Below are positions 18,851-26,549 of a DNA stretch of 32,000 nucleotides, piece after piece. Below the pieces are notes generated by a model. That model saw only the letters and a program-made list of their open reading frames with translations. It had not been told where the DNA came from and searched no databases. The position numbers and the translations under genes are program-made. The stretch comes from Zestosphaera tikiterensis (GTDB lineage Archaea > Thermoproteota > Thermoprotei_A > Sulfolobales > NBVN01), in the NCBI GenBank assembly GCA_003056265.1, contig NBVN01000002.1, positions 270,001 through 302,000 on the forward strand, in the 5' to 3' direction. Each line of letters opens with the position of its first letter. The first letter of the stretch is position 1.

Positions 18851-19194
18851 AGGGGAAACCTCCAACCATTCTGGGACTAAGCTTTAATAAAGCTGAGGAC
18901 AAGGCAGCTATCGTTAAAAGCTACTTAGCATACGGAACGGTTTCACTTGTGACACTCTATTTGGCAACCCTGGCTGAAGCATATATTATATAGGGTAGCT
19001 GACGTCGGAATATAATATGCACTAAAGGGAACAAAATGACTTAGTGAATATTTTCGGGGGTTATAGCTACTGGAAGAAGCACATCATTAGCGAAAACTAC
19101 CTTATACAGGTCGCTCAGCAAAACCTAAGTCAAGCCCTCCAGCACTAGAGGAAAGCGGATCCATACCGTATCTCATCATCTCTCATCACTCATT

Positions 19195-19395
19195 TCATTC
19201 ATTTTTTATCTCTCTCCGTAATTCATCAGATATGAGGGATTTTTCAGCAAGCCAAGTAAGCACTATACTCCTCACCAGCTCAGCATCATCACTGCCCATA
19301 ATGCCTCTCAGCCTTTCTATAAGTTTCCATTGTTTATCGGTAAATGTCACTTGCACTCTTTTTGCTTTTTCTTTGGCTTCTTTGCTATGTTTCAA
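19195..19395 (-). CDS. Ribbon-helix-helix (CopG/MetJ-like) DNA-binding protein
   Basis: 66 aa, TTG start. KRVQVTFTDKQWKLIERL (beta-strand plus helix 1), then GSDDAELVRSIVLTWL (helix 2). Divergent from the helicase operon. Confidence 0.65.
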   Translation of the reverse strand: MKHSKEAKEKAKRVQVTFTDKQWKLIERLRGIMGSDDAELVRSIVLTWLAEKSLISDELRREIKNE

Positions 19396-19481
19396 TATGC
19401 TCTACCATGCTACATGTAAAACACATTAGTTTATAAACTTTTAAGCATTTTAATAATGGCTATTTAACATTTACAGGAGGT
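19396..19481. promoter_or_regulatory. Divergent promoter region between the RHH gene and the helicase operon
   Basis: 86-nt spacer with the 10-nt palindromic TATA-like GTTTATAAAC (19429-19438), a second A/T box TTTTAATAAT (19448-19457) and an AGGAGG SD-like element (19475-19480) before TTG 19482 / GTG 19488. Confidence 0.45.
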
Positions 19482-22400
19482 TTGATTGTGTCTTACGGTA
19501 ACCCGAAACTGTATGAGGAGCTAGCTCACCACGTCATAGAGTACTTGAAGAGCAGATATCATACTGAGGCGCCACACATATCTCTTTTATCGCCTGAATA
19601 CACCGTAGTGGCAAAAATTAAGTCATATACGCCTCGACCAACGCTAGGGGTGCGACCTGAAGAAGATGAGGATGAATTCATTCCTGAGGTTCTTGCAGAA
19701 CTTCTAGACCCCACAAGAACTACAGGTCATGCTACGCACGGCGTTGAAGCTACATTCAGAGACTTTACAACTAATTCAGAAGTAGCTATGGAGACAGTAT
19801 TCTACATTAGAAAAGCTCCCCCTGTAGAGTTTAAGAAAGTAACTATAAATGCTAAGCTAAACGGAGACAAGCTTGGAGTAAAGCTTACTGTTGAGGATGA
19901 TGATCAAGGGGCAAAAATCTATGAATCTGAATGGCGTTATATAGAGTTAAAGCAGGGTCAGTTGCAGGCGATTTTTGCTTTTGGATGGCCCGACATAGTT
20001 AAAGAAGCTACCGACATAATTTCAGGGGCGCTGTATCCAGGTGCTGAGACAGTAGAGTTTACAGACCTAAATACTATTGAAGCACTCTCTACTGCGGAGC
20101 TTACTAAAAACAACGAAAGATTCTTCTTTTTACCTCCACTTAGTAAAAAGAGGTATGCAGACTCCGTGAATTATTTCGCTGTCCAGAACTTTTTATACGA
20201 AGTTAAGGTCGCAAAGAAAGGCGACGAATTAAAGGTTACTCTAATCTTAAGGTATATAGCTCCTTCTTTAATTAGTAGAAATACCTCGAAATGCGTTCGA
20301 GTTGGTGAGGAGCTAGGCTTCCCTACGTATGTTTATATAGGAGATCATAGGGATAGGTGGAGCATCCACCACCTGATGGAAGTTGAAAGTAGGCTCTGCT
20401 GGAAGAACGCACAACCTGATTGGAGGTGGAAACGGACGTTAAATAATCGACAGTATTCTGGCCTTCACAACTTAATACCTATAGGTGCTTTAGCTGTAGA
20501 GGATAGCGACTATAATTCAACTAACAATTGCCTATTGCTCAGGGATTGGCATGTAGAGGCAGAGATGATATATCCGATAAAAAAGAGCAAGAACAGCGTC
20601 GAGGAGTCCTTTCAAAAAATAGAGAAAGCAATCATTCAGGATGCTAAGTCTAGAGGGGTAAAAATAGACGAAGAAGCTTTAAGGAAAGCTTTTAAAATTG
20701 TTTTAAAAGCTTTTAAAGAGTCGTATCCTAGAATAACACATCTCTATGAATTTCAGGAAAAGGCACTTTACGAAGGCTTGAAAGCTTTAATTGCTGGTGA
20801 TCATAAAGCCTTTGTCCTACAAGCTAGGACTGCTGGCGGAAAAACCCTAGCGTTTCTATTACCAATACTAACTTATGTAGTTTACGCGAAGCTTACCCGA
20901 GTAAGTAAAGAAGGAGTAAAAACCATATTCTTCTATCCAACTATAGCTCTTCAAAACGATCAGGCATCAACCATTTTCAGAATGCTTTGGCACATAAATC
21001 TAGATTTACACCCTGAGACCATATCTCTCGGGTTGTTACACCGTTATATACCTAAAAGATCCGAAACAGCTGAAGAGCGGGAGCTACGGCTAAGGTGCCC
21101 ACTCTGCGGACATAGGTTATTAATATCTTGGAAATCCATTCCAGACACAAACGTGAATAAAGAAGTAATTATGTGTAGCAATGACTCATGTCGGATAAAT
21201 AATCCAGACAGCTTTGAAGGGAAACTTCTACAAGCGACGATTAAGGCTTCTCGTGATGCTATATATTCAAGTCCTCCAGATTTACTCATCGCCAATCCAG
21301 ACATAATTAACGCTAGACTTACCTTAATGGGAAGCGAGGATCCAGCTTCTCTTGCTATACTAGGCAAACATGTCTTTGTTTGTGCCACATGTGGTGCACT
21401 TTATGATAGAGATCTAGGTTCCCGTCCATTAAAGTGCAACGTATGTAAATCAAAAAATATCCGTAGCGTACGTTTTACATATCCTGAAATAATCGTAATC
21501 GACGAAGCTCATCTACTTCGAGGTGCCTTTGGGGCTCAAGTTGCTCATGTTTTAACCAGGCTCGAACAAGTTATAAGAAGGTTAAACGGGCTTTCAGAGA
21601 GCTGGAGACCGACCTACTTTATCTCTAGTGCCACACTCAACAACCCTAAATCAAGGACTCGAGAACTTATAGCTACAGACTTAGATGGCATTATCGAGAT
21701 TTCTGCCGAACCCGAATTAGAGCAAGCCGAACCAACTCTAAGGATTCACACATTCCTTATGCCTAAGCTTTATTCTCCAGAAGCGACAGCATCGAGGATA
21801 GTTGAAGCTATATATTCAGAAGCGTCGGCTCTAGCTGATGTTTATAAAGTGAAATATGCCAAACAGCTAAAAGATCTTCGCGAAAAGATGTTTGGTGATA
21901 GGAACCCCGCTACATTAGTATTTGTTAACAAAATATCTGAAGCTAACGAGCTTTTAAGTCATATAAAGACTTTTGCTCGTGATACGAGAAGTGACGGACA
22001 CACTACAGACTACAGGGACGATAGAGTACGTGTAGAAGATGAATTTAGCAGAGGAAACTTAGACATTATAGTAGCTACGAGCGGACTCGAAGTAGGAGTT
22101 GATTTCGACAGGGTAGACATAGGAATAATCTACGGCATGCCATTCTATATTTCGGATTATACGCAAAGAATCGGCAGGATAGGTCGGCGTCAACATTGCG
22201 TAATATTTAACGTCTTTATGCCAGACAAACCTATAGATCATTTTTACTATAAAAACTGGAAGATTCTCTCCGACGGATCTTTAAGAGATATACACATGAG
22301 ATCTGAAGCTTATAGAATCGACAGGGAAAATCCAGAAGCCATTAGCAGGGCTGCACAGAGAGCTGTTCTTGACGTAATATCTACGATGAACAATACAGAC

Positions 22401-22844
22401 ACGTTCCTTTACAAGTCAATAATGGCACAAAATAAGAAATTTGAACAGGAAATAATGGATATATTGAACGTTGTAGAGTCAGAGCTAACAAAGCATCTTC
22501 CACTAGCATTGAGGATCAGCGACGTTGCGCGAGCCATATCTATAGCGAGGCAGTTCATAGACGAGATAAGAAACGCTGTTAAAATCCACGGAAATCTGAT
22601 TAAAGCTATAAATGAGGGTCTTGGGGCCTCACTAAGTCAGCTTTCTAGTTTAAGGACGCTAGAACCTGAGACAAAATACAAATTCGAGCCTGTCGGTGAA
22701 GAGAGAAGTAGGAACTTGCTGTATTCTTTTAGGCACTGCCTTCCAGGTCAGGTAATAAGTTATAGAGGCAACTTCTACGCTGTAGAAATGTTCTCAGGCG
22801 AGTCTTTGCGCCTGTTTCAGACACGAGGGGATCGAGATGAGTAG
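19482..22844 (+). CDS. Large SF2 DExH helicase (DrmA/MrfA-YprA-like) with unknown N-terminal domain and Zn-ribbon insertions
   Basis: 1120 aa. Motif I ARTAGGKTLAF (aa 448-458), Ia YPTIALQNDQ, PPDLLIANPDII (YprA-like), II VIDEAHLL (DEAH at 21501-21512), III SSAT, V IVATSGLEVGVDF and VI QRIGRIGRR. Two Cys4 ribbons lie at aa 539-570 and 634-655. Aa 1-420 have no recognisable motif. Confidence 0.85.
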   Translation: MIVSYGNPKLYEELAHHVIEYLKSRYHTEAPHISLLSPEYTVVAKIKSYTPRPTLGVRPEEDEDEFIPEVLAELLDPTRTTGHATHGVEATFRDFTTNSEVAMETVFYIRKAPPVEFKKVTINAKLNGDKLGVKLTVEDDDQGAKIYESEWRYIELKQGQLQAIFAFGWPDIVKEATDIISGALYPGAETVEFTDLNTIEALSTAELTKNNERFFFLPPLSKKRYADSVNYFAVQNFLYEVKVAKKGDELKVTLILRYIAPSLISRNTSKCVRVGEELGFPTYVYIGDHRDRWSIHHLMEVESRLCWKNAQPDWRWKRTLNNRQYSGLHNLIPIGALAVEDSDYNSTNNCLLLRDWHVEAEMIYPIKKSKNSVEESFQKIEKAIIQDAKSRGVKIDEEALRKAFKIVLKAFKESYPRITHLYEFQEKALYEGLKALIAGDHKAFVLQARTAGGKTLAFLLPILTYVVYAKLTRVSKEGVKTIFFYPTIALQNDQASTIFRMLWHINLDLHPETISLGLLHRYIPKRSETAEERELRLRCPLCGHRLLISWKSIPDTNVNKEVIMCSNDSCRINNPDSFEGKLLQATIKASRDAIYSSPPDLLIANPDIINARLTLMGSEDPASLAILGKHVFVCATCGALYDRDLGSRPLKCNVCKSKNIRSVRFTYPEIIVIDEAHLLRGAFGAQVAHVLTRLEQVIRRLNGLSESWRPTYFISSATLNNPKSRTRELIATDLDGIIEISAEPELEQAEPTLRIHTFLMPKLYSPEATASRIVEAIYSEASALADVYKVKYAKQLKDLREKMFGDRNPATLVFVNKISEANELLSHIKTFARDTRSDGHTTDYRDDRVRVEDEFSRGNLDIIVATSGLEVGVDFDRVDIGIIYGMPFYISDYTQRIGRIGRRQHCVIFNVFMPDKPIDHFYYKNWKILSDGSLRDIHMRSEAYRIDRENPEAISRAAQRAVLDVISTMNNTDTFLYKSIMAQNKKFEQEIMDILNVVESELTKHLPLALRISDVARAISIARQFIDEIRNAVKIHGNLIKAINEGLGASLSQLSSLRTLEPETKYKFEPVGEERSRNLLYSFRHCLPGQVISYRGNFYAVEMFSGESLRLFQTRGDRDE

Positions 22845-24081
22845 TTACGCACCTTCTCAGCGATTAATTGAAAGGTTGGCGGAGGAAATTAGAGTAGCAG
22901 GTCAACAACATTTGATGTTACCCAACGATGCTGAAATGATCGCAAGGGCCTTGCTGGGTCACGACAGGACTCTCAGAGCGGAGCTTCTTATTCCAACGCA
23001 AGTAGTAGCTAACGTTAAAACTCGGTTAGCAGATCTAGAATATGTACGATGTGTCCGTTGTGGGCAGGTATATAACGCTAAAACCCAACCAAGCCTACTG
23101 AAAAATTCTAAGTGCCCCAAATGTGGGGGTTCTTTAGTAGCAGTACCTCTTTGGGTAATAACCGCTAGGAGTGTCAAACCTGCTAATAGGAGGATTACAC
23201 CTAATCAGGGAATAGAACTAACAGTTTCTATAGAGACTTATACAAAAACACACATTCGTAATCGAAATGCGGTAGTGCCCAAGCAAATCCATATAGGTGA
23301 CAGATCCAGACCTATAGCTACTCTAGAGTTTATATATGGCTTTGAATCCCACAATCCTGCCCCTGTTCATAAACACAAGGTGTTCAAATATATGTTGGCA
23401 CTTATGCCAAGCGAATCTATAACAAAGCCCGTGACAATAACTGCATTTGCTTACAACGATTCCACGTGCGTGGAAGTAAATACAACAACAGGATTCTTCT
23501 CTGGAGTATCAAAAGTCCTTTACTGCAAAAATATGGAAATACTGCAAGCAACTCTACTTCACAAAGCAGGTCATCAGAGAAGTAGTAGCAGATCTCGAGT
23601 TGCTGTCCTTGATATGTCGCAGTCTCAGCTTGGTGGAGCCGTAGTTAGAATACCCGTAAGGTATATCCAGACTCAAGGTCTAGTTGTAAAGGTTGATGAG
23701 AATAGTGTGAAGAATGTCCTTAAGGAGCTTGATTATAGTGATGACGATGTATGGATTGCTCTCCATACAATAAGCCATGCGTTTCTCGTCAGTTTACCCC
23801 AGATAACAGGACTTGAAGGGGCAGATTTTGGAGAAGCCATAAGTACAAGTACGAAGGAGATTGCCGTTTATGATAACTCCTTTGGAGGGCTAGGCGGGAT
23901 AGAGGGTATTGTTGACACGTCTGGTGGTGTTTTAACGCCTAACTATGAATGGAGTGTGAGGGAGTCGTATAAATGTCCGCTCGCTTGTACTAAAGCGTGC
24001 AAGGCTTGTCTGTTTACGGACTCGTGTTTCATGTTGAATTGGCGCCTTGACAGAAGAATTTTGGAGAGGCTGGGGTGGTAG
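22837..24081 (+). CDS. DUF1998 (MrfA-type Zn-binding domain) protein, DrmB-like
   Basis: 414 aa. ATG overlaps the helicase stop by 8 nt (ATGAGTAG). The C-terminal LHTISHAF...VYDNSFGGLGGIEGI...CPLACTKACKACLFTDSC...NWRLDR matches the DUF1998 hallmark. An extra N-terminal ribbon reads CVRCG...CPKCGG. Confidence 0.8.
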   Translation: MSSYAPSQRLIERLAEEIRVAGQQHLMLPNDAEMIARALLGHDRTLRAELLIPTQVVANVKTRLADLEYVRCVRCGQVYNAKTQPSLLKNSKCPKCGGSLVAVPLWVITARSVKPANRRITPNQGIELTVSIETYTKTHIRNRNAVVPKQIHIGDRSRPIATLEFIYGFESHNPAPVHKHKVFKYMLALMPSESITKPVTITAFAYNDSTCVEVNTTTGFFSGVSKVLYCKNMEILQATLLHKAGHQRSSSRSRVAVLDMSQSQLGGAVVRIPVRYIQTQGLVVKVDENSVKNVLKELDYSDDDVWIALHTISHAFLVSLPQITGLEGADFGEAISTSTKEIAVYDNSFGGLGGIEGIVDTSGGVLTPNYEWSVRESYKCPLACTKACKACLFTDSCFMLNWRLDRRILERLGW

Positions 24082-24883
24082 GACGAGCGTAGAAGTCGAA
24101 AGCGTGAGCAGAAAGATAGTAGAGCTCTTAAGTGAAGAGAAGCGGCCTCTAACTACGGAGTACATCTGCCTTAAGTTAAACATCGCAAAATCTTTAGCGT
24201 CTTCAGCCTTATATAAACTTCTGAGAGAGGGAATCGTAGAAAGGGTTTACACCGAGACGTACGATCCTACACAGCCATTTGACACCGCAATGTGGGTGCT
24301 TAAGGAAGGGGTAAAACAAGCTGAAGGAGCTATAAAACCTGCTGAGGGAATCGAATCTAAACATACAAAGCTAGTCCTTTCCATGCCTCTCTCGATGCAC
24401 AGTTTAAGGGCAGACCTGCTAAACAGGTTTGAGGCCCTCGATCTTCACGACGCGTACACCCACGTAATTGAAATGGCTAGGCAGGAACTGAAGATAATGT
24501 GCCCTGTAATTGACGCATATGCTCTATATCCGTTAATAAGTAAAATATTAAGTTCAAAAGGGCTGAAAATCCGAGTTCTTACAGAGATAGGTAAGAGCAG
24601 AGACGTCATGCACCTCTTGGAGTCCTTAGGAAGTAAAAGCATTGAGGTGAAAAACGCTGAGAAAACAGTGAGATATGAAGGTTATGAAAGAAAAGCGTTC
24701 GGAATCCACGCTAAATTAGTCATAGCTGATAATGAGGTTGCTCTTATAGGTAGCTTCAACTTATCTAGGCACCACTACTTAGTTAATTTCGACATAGGCT
24801 TCTTAATATACGATCAAGCAGTTGTAAACAAGCTTTCTCTAATATTCGAAGAGATGTGGAACTATGTCTCTGCCACCGATTGA
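24047..24883 (+). CDS. wHTH-fused phospholipase-D-family (single HKD) nuclease, DrmC-like
   Basis: 278 aa. HAKLVIADNEVALIGSFNLS at aa 221-240 (24707-24766) is the HxK(x4)D(x6)GSxN motif. The N-terminal KIVELLSEEKRPLTTEYICLKLNIAKSLASSALYKLLREGIVERV looks like a winged helix. The start is uncertain: TTG at 24047 overlaps the upstream gene, and a GTG near 24104 is an alternative. Confidence 0.8.
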   Translation: MTEEFWRGWGGRTSVEVESVSRKIVELLSEEKRPLTTEYICLKLNIAKSLASSALYKLLREGIVERVYTETYDPTQPFDTAMWVLKEGVKQAEGAIKPAEGIESKHTKLVLSMPLSMHSLRADLLNRFEALDLHDAYTHVIEMARQELKIMCPVIDAYALYPLISKILSSKGLKIRVLTEIGKSRDVMHLLESLGSKSIEVKNAEKTVRYEGYERKAFGIHAKLVIADNEVALIGSFNLSRHHYLVNFDIGFLIYDQAVVNKLSLIFEEMWNYVSATD

Positions 24884-26033
24884 CCTGTCCTTATTCGATA
24901 AGAAGGTAAGGGGCAAGATAAGGCTCGCCGTTTCTATGGGCCAACTCCTGCATTTTATATACCTAGCCGTGAAAAACTTCCCCGATCGTGTGGCTAAATA
25001 CAGCTCATTTTTACAGCTGATAAACGATAAAGAATTCGCTGCTGAAGTGCTGAGAAAAGAAAGCAGATTCGGCGGACGCGGAGGAAGCCCCTTAAAATAC
25101 CTTGGACTTGTTAACGCCATTGCTCAGAGAGGCTACTCACGCCTCTTAGAGTTGGCGGATATTGTTTGGGATTTAACCGTATATCACAGCAGAATAGATC
25201 CTAAAACCTTGTTTAACAATATAGTTGGTCTAGCTTCAGAAAAGCACTACTCCTTATTAGATGAAATGCGGATTCACGGCAAAGCCACCTATAAGCGAAG
25301 CCCGTTTATAATGAACATCAGGCATTATAACTACATTACCGTGGAGGTGGAATACGGTGGCAGGAGCGAAGCTCTCGCAAAAACGTTAATATATATAGGT
25401 TCGTTGGCGGATACCAATGAATCTTTAGGTCTTTTTGCAAGGTTTTCAGTGCGAAGCATAGATGCTGAGCACGTAGTGAGGAAGCAGGAGGAGGGCTGTG
25501 CTCATAGGCTGATTAAAACGTTCAGACTCTATCCAACCGTTTTAAGGATGCAGAGACTCTCTTATAAAAGAGTGTACCCTGTGCAAAATCAGAGAAGCGA
25601 AGTTCTTAACATGCTGTCCGAGCTTTTCATAGATGATAAAAAGTTTGCCTCGCTGATTAACATGGACGTCCCTGCTAATATATTGGCCATGGCTCCTTCG
25701 ATATCGCTAGGCGGGGGATTATGTTTCGCTACTGCTTTTAGGGGAGAACTTCTTGACTTTTTAGGAATAGAGAAAGAAGCTAAAATTAAAGTAGCTGACA
25801 CAGTAATTAAAGCCATCCCATCATACTATTCCGTTCTTGATTGTCAAAAAAGCCCTGGGGACTACGTCTTTATGGTTTTCCACCCCTTTACAGCCCCTAA
25901 GGTTGGATTAGTGGTGGCGACCTACTCAACAAACGTTTTAGGTAGTCTTAAGCCTAAAAGAAGAAATGTTTCATCCCTAGATAATCTATTCCCTAAAGTT
26001 GAGGAAGTAGCAAAACTCCCCTCCGAAACGTAA
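24864..26033 (+). CDS. Orphan protein, fourth gene of the helicase/DUF1998/PLD operon
   Basis: 389 aa. ATG overlaps the PLD gene end by 20 nt. No catalytic or nucleotide-binding motif recognised by eye. Confidence 0.6.
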   Translation: MSLPPIDLSLFDKKVRGKIRLAVSMGQLLHFIYLAVKNFPDRVAKYSSFLQLINDKEFAAEVLRKESRFGGRGGSPLKYLGLVNAIAQRGYSRLLELADIVWDLTVYHSRIDPKTLFNNIVGLASEKHYSLLDEMRIHGKATYKRSPFIMNIRHYNYITVEVEYGGRSEALAKTLIYIGSLADTNESLGLFARFSVRSIDAEHVVRKQEEGCAHRLIKTFRLYPTVLRMQRLSYKRVYPVQNQRSEVLNMLSELFIDDKKFASLINMDVPANILAMAPSISLGGGLCFATAFRGELLDFLGIEKEAKIKVADTVIKAIPSYYSVLDCQKSPGDYVFMVFHPFTAPKVGLVVATYSTNVLGSLKPKRRNVSSLDNLFPKVEEVAKLPSET

Positions 26034-26294
26034 AAATAGACGTACCTAGCACCCGCTGAAGCTCCTAAAAGCCGTGGGCTCCAGCTATAGGGTTTAAGTA
26101 TGGATTTAACCTTTCTCGCACTCTTTACAAAGAAAGTGATTTAAAGCCTAATGAGGGAACTCAATATAACCCATACTAGAAACTAGAAAATCTACGCAGA
26201 GTTTGGACTAGTCTAAACTTTCTTTAAGGCTGTGTTGCTTAAGTAGGCGTTAGCTTCTAGCGTAGTTTCAAGCGTGAGTGTAAACCTAACTTCA

Positions 26295-26375
26295 CTTAAG
26301 TGCAAATTTACACTCATATAGGTTTCAACTCTTCAAGTATCTCTAAAACCTCAGGAAATCTAACCCCCTGCGTGT
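26295..26375 (-). repeat. Dispersed repeat family, copy B (inverted relative to copy A)
   Basis: The reverse complement reads CACGCAGGGGGTTAGATTTCCTGAGGTTTTAGAG, a 27-nt spacer, then AGTGTAAATTTGCACTTAAG. Confidence 0.7.
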
Positions 26376-26440
26376 ATTAGCTTTTTCAACTCGATACATA
26401 TTTTCAAGGTTGATGTTCATGCTCTCATTAGAGTTTGGAA

Positions 26441-26464
26441 TTAGATTTTCTGGGTTTGCGGGAG
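26441..26464 (+). repeat. Dispersed repeat family, partial copy E (left block only)
   Basis: TTAGATTTTCTGGGTTTGCGGGAG compared with the consensus GTTAGATTTCCTGAGGTTTTAGAG. Confidence 0.5.
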
Positions 26465-26549
26465 TTCTACCTGTGAAGAACATAATACAAATTTTCAGCA
26501 TCCATGCTAGTTATTATATATGTTAAAAATTGCGAGTTTTTGCTGCTTT

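Noticed and set aside
25065-25110. Glycine-rich FGGRGGSPLKYLGLV segment in the orphan fourth gene as a possible P-loop
   Set aside because: There is no GK[ST] and no downstream Walker B. It may be a DNA-binding wH-type loop as seen in some restriction-enzyme N-termini, but that is only a vague recollection and is not supportable from the sequence alone.
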